Assembly: GCA_963675785.1 (NCBI GenBank)
Contig: OY776562.1
Span: forward strand, 736,001 to 800,000
Length of the DNA: 64,000 nt
Origin: Anaerolineae bacterium
GTDB taxonomy: Bacteria; Chloroflexota; Anaerolineae; UBA1429
Direction of reading: 5' to 3'
Position numbers and translations under genes: made by a program. Positions 28,857 to 39,275 of the stretch are shown piece after piece. Under the pieces are notes generated by a model. That model was not told where the DNA came from and did not search any database. It saw only the letters and a list, made by a program, of their open reading frames with translations. How positions within the stretch are numbered: position 1 is the stretch's first letter; each line of letters begins with the position of its first letter.

Positions 28857-29591
28857 ATGATGCGCGGTTTTACCTTGATAGAGACATTGATTGTGCTAGC
28901 CATTCTGGCCGTACTAGTGGCCATGGTTTCTCTTGCTGTTGGCCCGGTCATTGCCCAGGCCAACACTGAGGCAGCGCAGGCCGAGTTCGAGGCTGTCTCT
29001 ACGGCGCTGGTAGCTTTCAAAACGCTGGACGGAATCGAGGGCGCAGTGCTCCCTGAGCGTGAGGCGCCCGCAGTCATCACCGAGGCCGATAGCGATGCGC
29101 CATTCAAGGTCTATCTCAACTATCTGCCGACGCGGTTTGCCTATGCCTGGACTTTAGATGGAGTGCTAACCCAACTCGCCAATGATACGGTACAGGCGCT
29201 TACACCATTGGGCAGCACGCCCCAAGAGATATCCACCAGCATTCTTGCCCTCATGACAGCTCTCTACGATGAGACCGGCCATTGGGCGCGCAGTTGGTCG
29301 CCCTACAGCTACACTGATCTCGGCCTGGATGCTGACGTGTGGGGAGAGGCCATCGGCGGCATTCGCTATGGCCCCAACAGCGCCTATCTAGGCCTGGCCA
29401 ACGTGTCGGGCGATGAGTACCAGGTGTATGTGCAGACGATCGATGGCGTAGAGATGCACCTCATCGATAGCTGGAACATCTGGATTAGTGCTTTGGATGG
29501 CCGCGCCTACTATCATCTCAAGCCAGAGGGGCAGGATCCAGAGGATATTATTGAGGTGGACCCCAGCACCATTGAGGTACGTAGCGAATAA
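28857..29591 (+). CDS. Prepilin-type N-terminal cleavage/methylation protein
   Basis: MMRG|FTLIE followed by a hydrophobic helix; AAGGAG RBS before the ATG at 28857. Confidence 0.85.
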   Translation: MMRGFTLIETLIVLAILAVLVAMVSLAVGPVIAQANTEAAQAEFEAVSTALVAFKTLDGIEGAVLPEREAPAVITEADSDAPFKVYLNYLPTRFAYAWTLDGVLTQLANDTVQALTPLGSTPQEISTSILALMTALYDETGHWARSWSPYSYTDLGLDADVWGEAIGGIRYGPNSAYLGLANVSGDEYQVYVQTIDGVEMHLIDSWNIWISALDGRAYYHLKPEGQDPEDIIEVDPSTIEVRSE

Positions 29592-29611
29592 GAACTGGTA
29601 GACGAAAAGCA

Positions 29612-29651
29612 GAACGGGGGGACAGTTTAGACTGTCCCCCCGTCGTTGTTT
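29612..29651. terminator. Terminator between the prepilin gene and tpiA
   Basis: ACGGGGGGACAG, loop, CTGTCCCCCCGT, followed by a T-rich tract. Confidence 0.75.
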
Positions 29652-29686
29652 TGGTTCTGAAGCGTCTCGATCTTTGACCGAAGGTC

Positions 29687-30457
29687 TTACAGACCCTTGG
29701 CTTCTGCGCCCAGCGTGATCAGGGCGATGAAATCTTCAGCCTTGAGGCTGGCACCGCCGATGAGCCCGCCGTCGATATTTGGCTTGGCCATCAGTTCGCT
29801 CACGTTAGAGGGCTTCATGCTGCCGCCGTACTGAATCCGCACGGCTTCAGCGGTCTTGTCGCAGTAGAGCTTGGCTACAGTAGCGCGTACCACGGCGCCG
29901 CAAACTTCTTCAGCGTCCTCGGCAGTGGCGGCTAGGCCGGTGCCGATGGCCCAAATGGGCTCATAGGCGATGACTAGAGAGGCCACCTGCTCGGCTGAGA
30001 GGCCCTTGAGCGCGCCTTCAACTTGCCCAGAGACCCAGTCGTTGGTCTCACCGTTCTGGCGCTGTTCCAGCGTTTCTCCCACGCATACGATGGGGGTCAG
30101 GCCATAGGCGAACGCCGCATGGATCTTTTTGTTGACGGTTTCATCGGTCTCGCCGAAATAAGCGCGGCGTTCCGAGTGACCGATAATCACATAACTAGCG
30201 ACTTCTTTGACCATGCCCGGGGCTACTTCGCCGGTAAAGGCGCCGTTGGCCTCCCAGTACATGTCCTGTACACCCACGCCCAGCTCGGTGCCTTTGCATA
30301 GTTCGGCCACGGCCGGAACGGCCAGAAACGGCGGGCAGAACACTTTGTCGATACCATCGACAGCCAGTAGCTCGTCCTTCATCGCCGATACCAGCTCCAC
30401 CGCTTCGGCGATGGTCTTGTTCATCTTCCAGTTGCCAGCAATAATTGGCTTGCGCAT
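29687..30457 (-). CDS. tpiA: Triosephosphate isomerase
   Basis: AGNWKMN, IIGHSERR, AYEPIWAIGTG, YGGS and GGASL motifs. Confidence 0.98.
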   Translation of the reverse strand: MRKPIIAGNWKMNKTIAEAVELVSAMKDELLAVDGIDKVFCPPFLAVPAVAELCKGTELGVGVQDMYWEANGAFTGEVAPGMVKEVASYVIIGHSERRAYFGETDETVNKKIHAAFAYGLTPIVCVGETLEQRQNGETNDWVSGQVEGALKGLSAEQVASLVIAYEPIWAIGTGLAATAEDAEEVCGAVVRATVAKLYCDKTAEAVRIQYGGSMKPSNVSELMAKPNIDGGLIGGASLKAEDFIALITLGAEAKGL

Positions 30458-30506
30458 GTCACATCCCTTTTTTCATATCTTTAGGCCTGAGCCCTGAATA
30501 ACCGAA

Positions 30507-31955
30507 TTACTTTAGCTTTTCCAACTCTTGCATGAGCGCTTCTCGGGCTACATGGGGGTTGGCGCTGCCCTTGGTGGCTTTCATCACCTGGCCCACCAAA
30601 AAGCCCAACACCTGGGTCTTGCCCTCCAAGAACTGCCCCACCGGGCCGGGGTTATCGGCCAGCACCTGGCGCACAATGGTTGCTACCGCGTTGCCATCAC
30701 TAATCTGTTCCAACCCCTTGCGCTTGACGATGATCTCGGGATCGTCGCCGCAGGAGAACATCTCGGTCAGCACGTCTTTGGCGGCACTGTTGCTGATGGC
30801 GCCGTCGGCAACCAACTTGAGCAAAGCTCCCAGCTGGGCCGGCTGTACGTTACAGGCATTGATACTGCTGCTGGTTTCGTTCAGTAGACGGAACAGCTCG
30901 CCGGTCATCCAGATAGCAATCGTCTGCGACTCGGCACCGTCGCTGGCTTTGACCGTTTCTTCGAAATAGGCGGCGATCTCTTGATCTTCGACTAGCAGTC
31001 CGGCTTCTTCGGCGCGTACGCCCAGTTCCTGCTGAAAACGCTGCTTTTTGGCATAGGGCAGCTCGGGGATGGCCGCTTTCAGACCGGCAACCCACGCCCT
31101 ATCCGGGAACAGAGGGGGCAAATCTGGCTCTGGGAAATAACGATAATCATCGGCCGCTTCTTTGCTGCGCTGGAAAACCGTCTTGTGGGCCGATTCGTCC
31201 CAACCCATGGTGACCTGCACAACCTCGCCGCCGCTCTCGATGACGGCGATTTGCCGCGCAATTTCGTAATCGATGGCCTGCCGCACTGAGCGGAACGAGT
31301 TAATGTTCTTGACCTCAACTTTGGTGCCAAAGGGCTCGGTGCCTACGGGCCGAACAGAGATGTTGGCCTCGCAGCGCATGGCGCCCTCTTCCATATTGCC
31401 CGTACACACACCCAGGTAACGCAAAACGCTGCGCAGACGCGTCACGTATAGCCAAGCCTCTTCTGCTGTGCGCATATCGGCCTCGGTCACGATTTCCATG
31501 AGGGGTACACCAGCACGGTTGAAATCGATGAGGCTCTGTCCGTCAATGTGCACCAACTTGGCGGTGTCCTCTTCCAAGTGCACGCGCCGAATTCCGATGC
31601 GCTTGGGCTCAACGCCGCTTGGCTCAACCCAAAGCTCACCGTTCACGCAAAAGGGCAGATCGTATTGTGAGATCTGATACCCTTTGGGCAGGTCGGGATA
31701 GTTGTAATTCTTGCGGTCGAACTTGCAGTATTCGGGGATCTCGCAGTTTAGCGCCAGACCGGTGCGGATAGTGGCCTCCACAGCGGCCTCGTTGATGACG
31801 GGCAAAACGCCGGGCATCGCGAGGCACACCGGGCAGGTGTGGGTGTTTGGGGGTGTCGAGGCGTAATCGGCCGAACACCCGCAAAACATCTTGGACCGCG
31901 TCAGAATCTGCGCATGGACTTCCATGCCAATGACTGCTTCATAGTCCATGGCCAT
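30507..31955 (-). CDS. gatB: Asp/Glu-tRNA amidotransferase subunit B
   Basis: [34 protein letters not shown] and [10 protein letters not shown] motifs. Confidence 0.98.
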   Translation of the reverse strand: MAMDYEAVIGMEVHAQILTRSKMFCGCSADYASTPPNTHTCPVCLAMPGVLPVINEAAVEATIRTGLALNCEIPEYCKFDRKNYNYPDLPKGYQISQYDLPFCVNGELWVEPSGVEPKRIGIRRVHLEEDTAKLVHIDGQSLIDFNRAGVPLMEIVTEADMRTAEEAWLYVTRLRSVLRYLGVCTGNMEEGAMRCEANISVRPVGTEPFGTKVEVKNINSFRSVRQAIDYEIARQIAVIESGGEVVQVTMGWDESAHKTVFQRSKEAADDYRYFPEPDLPPLFPDRAWVAGLKAAIPELPYAKKQRFQQELGVRAEEAGLLVEDQEIAAYFEETVKASDGAESQTIAIWMTGELFRLLNETSSSINACNVQPAQLGALLKLVADGAISNSAAKDVLTEMFSCGDDPEIIVKRKGLEQISDGNAVATIVRQVLADNPGPVGQFLEGKTQVLGFLVGQVMKATKGSANPHVAREALMQELEKLK

Positions 31956-32030
31956 GCTATCTCCTTTCCAGAACTACCTCGCGCATTATAGCAGAGAGGA
32001 ACCCGTCTGAAAAGGTGAGGGTATTGGGCA

Positions 32031-32564
32031 TTATGGCAGAGACCAGATGCCCAGTTTTTGTTCACGTGCGGCATCTTCGGCAGCATTGAGGGTGTCCTGT
32101 CGAGCCGTATCGGGGTTGTAATAGCGGGCATCGGCCAGGCCTTGGCGCACGAGTTCCTCGTTCACCAGTGTGTCGCCCAACCAGACATAACGAAGCAGTC
32201 GGCCGTATTGGTCGGTGTCTGAGGTATCGCGTTCCAGCACTATCGTCTGGTCCTCAACCAGCTCGGCGTTGTATTCGGCGGCTTCCTCGGCATAATCCTC
32301 GGCGGAGCGGCTGTTGTTAGCTAGTTCGGGGGAGTTGATGCCGATATAGCGCACGCGGTATTCCTCGCCGTCGATCTCGGCGATGATGGTGTCGCCATCG
32401 ACGACGCGTACGACTGTGGCATAGGTGGCATCCTCGGCGTCAACGCCGGAGGGCAGACGAAGCGGAGTGGCGCTCGGTTCTGGCGTGCGCGTGACCGTCA
32501 ATGGGTCGCAACCTGCGGTCAGGATGAGGAGCAAGCTGACTGCAATCAGTCGCAGGCTTCTCAT
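32031..32564 (-). CDS. Thermonuclease (SNase) family lipoprotein
   Basis: Lipobox LTAGC; VVDGDT, VRYIGINSPE, DQYGRLLRYV and GIW motifs. Confidence 0.92.
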   Translation of the reverse strand: MRSLRLIAVSLLLILTAGCDPLTVTRTPEPSATPLRLPSGVDAEDATYATVVRVVDGDTIIAEIDGEEYRVRYIGINSPELANNSRSAEDYAEEAAEYNAELVEDQTIVLERDTSDTDQYGRLLRYVWLGDTLVNEELVRQGLADARYYNPDTARQDTLNAAEDAAREQKLGIWSLP

Positions 32565-32600
32565 TCCCCTCAAACAATCACGCGCACGTGTCAGCATCTA

Positions 32601-33476
32601 TTACTTGGTGCGGATGGCGGAGGTAAATTCGGGAACGCCCTTGATGCCCAGATTCAGGTGGAACAGGGCACCAGCGTCCTTGCCGTCCTCATCCTTTTTG
32701 TGGCCGCCGGCAGTGGTGATGTACATGTCCGTGTAATCCGGCCCGGCAAAGATCACGCTGGACACCTTTTTCGCCGGGAAGGTGATGCGCATGACTTCTT
32801 TGCCCTCGGGGGTGTAGCGCACCAGGCAAGAGCCATCCCAGCGTGCCGACCAGACATAGCCCTCGGCGTCTACCGTCATGCCGTCGGGCGTGCCCTCTTC
32901 ATTCTCCAAGGAGACGAAATCACGGCGATTACTGATTTCGCCGGTGACCTCGTCGTAATCGTACAGGTAGATCATCTTGGCCTTGGAGTCGGTGTGGTAC
33001 ATGCCCTTACCATCGGGCGTAAAGCCCATGCCGTTAGATGTGCCCACATTCTTCACCACCGGACGGATGCTTTCGTCGGTATCCAGGCGGTAAAGGATGC
33101 CCATCTGCTCACCGGTAGACATGGTGCCGCAGAACACGCGACCCTTGGGGTCGGCGATGACATCGTTGAACCGCGAGGTCTCTTCGCGTTCGATGGATTC
33201 AATGACTGTCTCGGTCTTACCGTCCCGCAGCACACGCACGGCGCCTTTGCCCATGAACAGCGCAAGGCTGCCATCGCACTGTACGGTAAAGCCGCCGATG
33301 GGGTCGTCATCCTCAGACTGCCAGTAGAGCTCGTGTTCGCCTGTGGCCGGATCGTAACGGAACAGTTTGCCGGTGGGAATATCGCACCAGTAAAGGCGCT
33401 GCTCGGCTTCATGCCAAAAGGGGCCTTCGCCAGTGGCGCAGGCATAATCGGCGATCAGTTTCGGTGTCGTATTCAT
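32601..33476 (-). CDS. SMP-30/gluconolactonase family sugar lactonase
   Basis: GEGP.W, RFND, SNGMGF and PDGMTVD motifs. Confidence 0.93.
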   Translation of the reverse strand: MNTTPKLIADYACATGEGPFWHEAEQRLYWCDIPTGKLFRYDPATGEHELYWQSEDDDPIGGFTVQCDGSLALFMGKGAVRVLRDGKTETVIESIEREETSRFNDVIADPKGRVFCGTMSTGEQMGILYRLDTDESIRPVVKNVGTSNGMGFTPDGKGMYHTDSKAKMIYLYDYDEVTGEISNRRDFVSLENEEGTPDGMTVDAEGYVWSARWDGSCLVRYTPEGKEVMRITFPAKKVSSVIFAGPDYTDMYITTAGGHKKDEDGKDAGALFHLNLGIKGVPEFTSAIRTK

Positions 33477-33489
33477 ATCTGTCTCCTCG

Positions 33490-35925
33490 TTACAGCGTTC
33501 GTTCGGCACGCAAAGATACAGGCCCCAGGATACCGGAGGGCAGTTGCACCCCTTCGTATTCGTTGGCCATGCTGTTGGTTACTTTGATGCAGAGCTGGTG
33601 CTCGCCCGCTTTAATGCTCCCCAGTTTGAACACATAAGGCGTCCAGGAACATGCCCCCACTTTCTTCCCATCCAGGCTGACCTCGGCGATGTCGCCCACT
33701 TGGCCCAGATCGAGGTACAGTGGTTGTCCGACTAGGTCTGACGCCAGATTCAAGATCGCCTCAAAGCTCACGCTGCCGGTGAATAGCTCCCAGCCAGCCA
33801 CCTGAGCCCAATCACCGGGGCAGGGCAGTTCGACCGCTTTGCCGCAGCAAGAGGCTTTCCAAGCTAGCGTCAACTCGCTCAACACGTCGCCGGCGGTTAC
33901 CGGGCGTGGTGCGTCGGCTGATGGTACCCCGGCGGGATCGACGGCCAGCACCGCGATCTGTCGTCGCTCGATGTGCAGGTCCAGTTCCAGTCCGCGTGTT
34001 GTGATCTCGGCAGGGCAAGGGGCAGTGGTGTTCTCATAGGGCAACCACAGCTCCACTTTGCCGGTAGCGCGCAGGCACAGGTGCGTGTCGATGGCTGCCT
34101 CGCCCTCATTAAAGAGAATATAATACTCAAGGCTGTCTTTGCGATAGTGTTCCATGCGCAAGTCGGGGGCATTCTCGGCGGCCAAATCAGCGCCAGCAAA
34201 GGCCACTATGGCTTTTGCCAGGGTCTCTTCCTGCCAGTTTTCGATGACCAATAGGCCGGCAGCGCTCAGTTCGTCCAGTCTGGCGCGCAGGGCTGGCGTC
34301 ATGGGGGCGCCGTCTACGATGATGACGCGAAAGGCCATGTCGCCGATGAGTGCGCGCCCGTTGGCCAGAGTCGTCGCCTTCAGGGCAGTCTCATCCACAT
34401 AGCAAAAGTCGATCTGTGACTGGTAAAGCGCCTTGGCTGCTTCCCAGCCCAGATGGTTGCTATCCCCCAGGATGGCCACATCGGTGATCATCTTGCCGCC
34501 GCTGGTCAGCCAACAAAGCCGGCGTACATGGTCGGCGATGGGCTCCCAGTAGGGCCACCAGACATTGTTGCGCCCCAGGGCCGGTTCGGATTCCCAGGCG
34601 CGGCGGTCGCGGATGGTGTAGAAAAAGGCGTGCGGGTAAAAGAGGTTGTTGCCGCGGATGATGTGCCAATCGAACAGCCACTTGGCTTCGTCCAGGGTTA
34701 GCTTCCAGCCGTAGGCGCCCAACACTTCGCTGGTGTTGCGCTCACAAGAAGCGAGGGCAGCGGCGCTGCTGGCGCCTTTGGGGGCGATGCTGTGAATGCC
34801 CTCCAACCCCGAGCCGTTATTCGGCTCGACATAATTCCAAACCATATCCTGCCCCGGCCACTGGAAGAGCCGCAATGAGCCCAACTCGTTGCTCTCGGCG
34901 GGGTGCCCCGTTAGGGCGATGCCGTGGGCCACGCACCACTCGCTTTGAGCCTTGTAGAACACACGCTCCAATCGGTCGTAAACGGCGCGGTCATAGGCGG
35001 CGCGCAACTCTTCTGTCTTGGGGCCGCAATCGTACCACATCACCGGCAGCCACTTGGCTGCGTCCTCGCCCCACACCGCTTTGATGTCCTCCATAAAACC
35101 GGTGGTGAACGGTTGAGCCATGCGCCCATAACGGGTGCCCCTGCCCATCACGCCGGGTTCATCGGTGAACATGGCCAACACGGTCGTGCCGAAATACTCT
35201 TTGAGGTTCTCGTAATAAGCGTCGTGGGTGATGCGGATAAAGGCGGCGACGGCTTCTGGGCTGAGGATGTCGCCTGCTGCGGGTGCGGTGGCGTGGGCAT
35301 CCTCTTGTTCAGCATGAACGCCGCGAATGGTCGCCCCTGAGAAGACCTGCCAGGCCGATAAAAGCAGCCAGCGACCCTCGGGCACGTCGTAATGCAAAAT
35401 ATCGTGCTCCAAGATGGGCAGCTCAGTCAGAGAATCGGGATCGAGGGTATTATCATCCAACAGACGACCTTGCACCACAGCGATGAGCTTGTTGCACAGC
35501 GCTCGGCTCGAATTTGGCCGCCAATAGCCAGAAGCCGGCCCTTCGATCTCGCGTTTGACCGGGATGAGGCACTTGTTGGCATAGTCGGGGTTTTCGGCCA
35601 CCACTTGGCCCACCGCCGAACCGGAGGGATAACCTCCCTCATCATACAGTACCACTTTCATACCCAACTCGCTGGCCCGTTTGACGCAGGTCTTGACCAG
35701 CTTGAAAAACTCTTCTGATAGATAGCCAACGCGGTGGGTGAGGCCCGTGCGGGCGTGGGGAATAAAACCGCCAAACCCCCACTCATAGAATTCTTCTAGC
35801 TGTTCGAGGAGACCCTCTTCGGTGATGTCATCGTTCCAAAACCAAAAGGGGATCAGACCGTTTTCACGCGGTGGATCGGCGAAAAGTGCTCTGGCAGTAT
35901 CGAGTGCATCGGGTTTGACAGTCAT
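33490..35925 (-). CDS. Glycoside hydrolase, GH106/alpha-L-rhamnosidase-like
   Basis: PFWFWN, LYDEGGYPSG, FTDEP and SEVLGAYGW motifs; C-terminal LDLG.V...AEV and VTN...SGILGPV. Start at 35925 after AGGAGG. Confidence 0.75.
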   Translation of the reverse strand: MTVKPDALDTARALFADPPRENGLIPFWFWNDDITEEGLLEQLEEFYEWGFGGFIPHARTGLTHRVGYLSEEFFKLVKTCVKRASELGMKVVLYDEGGYPSGSAVGQVVAENPDYANKCLIPVKREIEGPASGYWRPNSSRALCNKLIAVVQGRLLDDNTLDPDSLTELPILEHDILHYDVPEGRWLLLSAWQVFSGATIRGVHAEQEDAHATAPAAGDILSPEAVAAFIRITHDAYYENLKEYFGTTVLAMFTDEPGVMGRGTRYGRMAQPFTTGFMEDIKAVWGEDAAKWLPVMWYDCGPKTEELRAAYDRAVYDRLERVFYKAQSEWCVAHGIALTGHPAESNELGSLRLFQWPGQDMVWNYVEPNNGSGLEGIHSIAPKGASSAAALASCERNTSEVLGAYGWKLTLDEAKWLFDWHIIRGNNLFYPHAFFYTIRDRRAWESEPALGRNNVWWPYWEPIADHVRRLCWLTSGGKMITDVAILGDSNHLGWEAAKALYQSQIDFCYVDETALKATTLANGRALIGDMAFRVIIVDGAPMTPALRARLDELSAAGLLVIENWQEETLAKAIVAFAGADLAAENAPDLRMEHYRKDSLEYYILFNEGEAAIDTHLCLRATGKVELWLPYENTTAPCPAEITTRGLELDLHIERRQIAVLAVDPAGVPSADAPRPVTAGDVLSELTLAWKASCCGKAVELPCPGDWAQVAGWELFTGSVSFEAILNLASDLVGQPLYLDLGQVGDIAEVSLDGKKVGACSWTPYVFKLGSIKAGEHQLCIKVTNSMANEYEGVQLPSGILGPVSLRAERTL

Positions 35926-35954
35926 CGGGTTATCCTCCTGCCGTGCGGCTATCC

Positions 35955-35994
35955 AAAAACAGACTGGCGACGCCAAAAACGTCGCCAGTCTCTT
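35955..35994 (-). terminator. Intrinsic terminator/attenuator after the oxidoreductase gene
   Basis: 12-bp inverted repeat AGACTGGCGACG/CGTCGCCAGTCT with a minus-strand T-tract. Confidence 0.65.
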
Positions 35995-36010
35995 TCATAG
36001 CATGTTGTCT

Positions 36011-37117
36011 CTAGCGATCGCTTTTGGCGATCAGATTCTTGAGCATCGCTTCGTAAGCGGCGCCATCCAACGGAAGGTCAATGGGACGCTTTTCAAATGA
36101 AGACATGATCATGGCGCAGGCCATTTCGACGGCACTCAGGCCTTCTTCGGCGGGAGCGATGAGGGGTACGCCGTCAAGGATGGCATCCACAAAGTTCTGG
36201 GTGATCTCGACATGCTGTCCGCCGTGACCAGAGGTCGGGATATCGCAGTTCCATATGTCGATGTGACCAAACTTTTCGTCGGTCGTGCGACTGTATTCAT
36301 CACTGGGGATCTCGTTACGTGTAAACGTGGTCTTGCCGTTCTCGCTGACCACTTTGCCGCGTGTACCCACGATCTCTAGGCGGTTGGTGCCCGGGGCTTC
36401 GCCGGTGGTGGTCACAAAGATGCCCGTTGCGCCGTTGGGATACTCAAAGAAGGCTGTGACCTCGTCCTCAACCTCGATGTCGTGGTACTTGCCGAGGTAG
36501 CAATTTGCCTGAATGCGTGAGGGCTTGCCGCACAGCCACTGGAACAGGTCCAGGTTGTGAGGGCATTGGTTCAAGAGCACGCCGCCGCCTTCACCCTTCC
36601 AGGTGGCACGCCAGCCGCCGTGGCGATAATAGGCTTCGGTGCGGAACCAGTTGGTGATGATCCAGTTCGTGCGGGTGATCTCGCCCAGTTCGCCGTCTTC
36701 GATGAGCTTCTTGACGCGGGTATAGTTGGGATCGGTGCGCTGGTTGAACATGGCCGCGAAAACCAGGCTCTTGTCGGTGTGGGCGGCAATCAGACGTTCG
36801 GCGTCAGCCTTGTGTACCGAGAGCGGCTTTTCTACTAACACATGCAGCCCGTTTTGCAGGGCGTCGATGCCGATGGTGGTATGGCCATAGTGCGGCGTGG
36901 CAATGAATACGGCGTCCACATCACCAGAACGAATCAGCTCGGCGCTGTCGGCATAGGTCTTGACACCCCATGCTTCCTCAGCCTTGGCGCGTACTTTTGG
37001 GTCGATATCACAAAGTGCGGCCAGCTCGGCACGCTTGATCTTGCCTGTGGCAAAAAACTCGGCCTCACCCCATCCGCGGATGCCAGCACCAATGACGCCA
37101 ACTCTTACTTTTTCCAT
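36011..37117 (-). CDS. Gfo/Idh/MocA oxidoreductase
   Basis: VGVIGAG, ATPH, VEKP and GGGVLLNQCPHNLD motifs. Confidence 0.93.
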   Translation of the reverse strand: MEKVRVGVIGAGIRGWGEAEFFATGKIKRAELAALCDIDPKVRAKAEEAWGVKTYADSAELIRSGDVDAVFIATPHYGHTTIGIDALQNGLHVLVEKPLSVHKADAERLIAAHTDKSLVFAAMFNQRTDPNYTRVKKLIEDGELGEITRTNWIITNWFRTEAYYRHGGWRATWKGEGGGVLLNQCPHNLDLFQWLCGKPSRIQANCYLGKYHDIEVEDEVTAFFEYPNGATGIFVTTTGEAPGTNRLEIVGTRGKVVSENGKTTFTRNEIPSDEYSRTTDEKFGHIDIWNCDIPTSGHGGQHVEITQNFVDAILDGVPLIAPAEEGLSAVEMACAMIMSSFEKRPIDLPLDGAAYEAMLKNLIAKSDR

Positions 37118-37481
37118 ACTGTACTTCTCCTATAAATTGAATGCGCCTCATAAGGAGGTTGCCGTTGCTCAGAGGCCCTGTTTCACACTAGGCCAAGTGC
37201 TTTTAGAATACCACCGCTTGCCATTTGGTCAAGCGCGATAGCTACTAGATATGCTCCGACCAGCCTAGTCGCGCAAATTCTGGCATTTTGCGCCAAAAGA
37301 CTGAGGATGCAAAAGATTTCCTCCGCGCCTGAGAGTGGCAATTATTTCGGGCTCAATCGAGTCATCCGCGACTGAGCCATCACGTGGTCTAGGGTGATCC
37401 TTTAAATCATGATATGATGATCTTGTAAATTCATGTCGTAACGTAGATGATTCTAGAAAAGATGCTAAAAGGAGATGAGAA

Positions 37482-39215
37482 ATGGTTGATCTGAGGGCCA
37501 AGCCTTTTTACCTCGATGATGAAGGTCTCCAGTGGGTTGAGGATACTATTGCTGACATGTCACTGGACGAAAAAATCGGCCAGCTATTCATGCTGATGCG
37601 CAAATCACTGGATTCGCAGGATATCAAGAATACACTTGATACTTACCATCAGGCCGGCCTGCGCTATCGGAACGAAGATCGGAAAACCATTTGGCAGCAG
37701 AATAAAGATTATCAAGAGAACTCTAGAATCCCCTTGTTTATTGCTGCCAACTGTGACAATGGTGGTGATGGTGCTATGAGCGATGGCACGTTCATCGCCA
37801 CCGCCGCTGAAGCTGCCGCCAGCGATTCGACTGAGACAGCCTATAACATTGGTTTGGTTTCCGGTCGAGAGGCCGCTGCCGTGGGCTGCAATTGGACGTT
37901 CAACCCTTGCTGCGACATCTTTATGAACTGGCGTAACACCATTGTCAACACCCGCTGTTTCGGCGATAACGCTGATCAGGTTATCAATAATATCCGTGCC
38001 TTTATCGAGGGTGTGCATCAAAGTGGCGTGGCGTGTTGCTGTAAGCATTTTCCTGGCGATGGTGTAGAAGAGCGTGACCAGCACCTCGTCTTGGGTGTGA
38101 ACGATCTGTCTGTAGAGGAATGGGACGTCTCTTTTCGCCAGGTGTATCAGACCATGATCGACGAGGGTCTGGAGAGCATTATGGTGGGTCACATCGCTCT
38201 GCCTGAGATGAGCCGCAAGCTCCGGCCTGGCATCAAGGACAGCGAGATCATGCCAGCAACACTCGCCCCCGAGCTTCTCACCGATTTGCTGCGTGGCGAG
38301 ATGGGCTTCAATGGACTGATCATCACCGATGCTTCTCACATGGCGGGCATCGCCTGCATGGAGAGGCGTGAGATCGCTGTACCTAGTGCCATTGCCAGTG
38401 GCTGTGATTTATTCCTCTATACCAATGATGAGGAAGAAGATTTTGGCTATATGAAGGCTGGCCTCGAGAACGGCACCATCACTGCTGAGCGCCTCTCGGA
38501 TGCATTGCATCGCATTCTGGGTCTCAAAGCCCGATTGCATCTGTACAAGCGCGAAAGGCTATTCCCTCCGGAGAGTGGTCTGGCAGTTGTTGGTTGTGAG
38601 GAGCACCTCAAGTTGGCCGAAAAAGCGGCCGAGGATTGCATTACCCTGGTTAAAGACACTCGGAACAATCTGCCCATAGATCCCGAGAAGCAAAAGCGTG
38701 CCCGTTTGGTTTATATCCAGTCCACGCCCAACAGCAAATCTTACAAAGGCGACCCCGTGCGGGATGTGGTGGTAGAAGAGTTGGAAGCTGCTGGCTTTGA
38801 GGTGGACATCGCCCCCAACTTTCACGACCTAGAAGTGGAATACGGTCCGCGTATGGAGAACATGCGCATCATGATGGAATGCGGCAAAATGGAGGATTTT
38901 CGTGCTCGCTATGATGTCGTTTTCCTGGTGCTTAACATCAAAGGCTATGCTCAAGAAAATGACGTGCGTGTGCGCTGGAGCGCCAACCACTCCAATGAAC
39001 TGCCCTGGTATGTTACCGAGGTGCCTACAGTGGGCATTAGTTTGAACTATACCAACCATCTGATTGATGTCCCCCAAGTTCACGCTTTTGTGAATGCTTA
39101 TGACAGCACCCGCACTAGCATTCGCAGTGCTATCGCCAAGATTATTGGCAAAAGCGAATTCAAGGGCATTCCTAGCGAAACTGTTTTTTGCGGCAAATGG
39201 GATACTCGTTTGTAG
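37482..39215 (+). CDS. GH3 glycoside hydrolase/phosphorylase (Nag3/BglP-like)
   Basis: MSLDEKIGQLF, KHFPGDGVEERDQH, IMVGH and FNGLIITDA motifs. Confidence 0.9.
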   Translation: MVDLRAKPFYLDDEGLQWVEDTIADMSLDEKIGQLFMLMRKSLDSQDIKNTLDTYHQAGLRYRNEDRKTIWQQNKDYQENSRIPLFIAANCDNGGDGAMSDGTFIATAAEAAASDSTETAYNIGLVSGREAAAVGCNWTFNPCCDIFMNWRNTIVNTRCFGDNADQVINNIRAFIEGVHQSGVACCCKHFPGDGVEERDQHLVLGVNDLSVEEWDVSFRQVYQTMIDEGLESIMVGHIALPEMSRKLRPGIKDSEIMPATLAPELLTDLLRGEMGFNGLIITDASHMAGIACMERREIAVPSAIASGCDLFLYTNDEEEDFGYMKAGLENGTITAERLSDALHRILGLKARLHLYKRERLFPPESGLAVVGCEEHLKLAEKAAEDCITLVKDTRNNLPIDPEKQKRARLVYIQSTPNSKSYKGDPVRDVVVEELEAAGFEVDIAPNFHDLEVEYGPRMENMRIMMECGKMEDFRARYDVVFLVLNIKGYAQENDVRVRWSANHSNELPWYVTEVPTVGISLNYTNHLIDVPQVHAFVNAYDSTRTSIRSAIAKIIGKSEFKGIPSETVFCGKWDTRL

Positions 39216-39235
39216 TAGGGTTTTCTACAAAAGGA

Positions 39236-39273
39236 AAGAGGCCCTTTGCTAGACATTGCAAGGGCCTCTTTTT
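39236..39273. terminator. Bidirectional terminator
   Basis: AAAGAGGCCCTT, loop, AAGGGCCTCTTTT. Confidence 0.75.
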
Positions 39274-39275
39274 AC

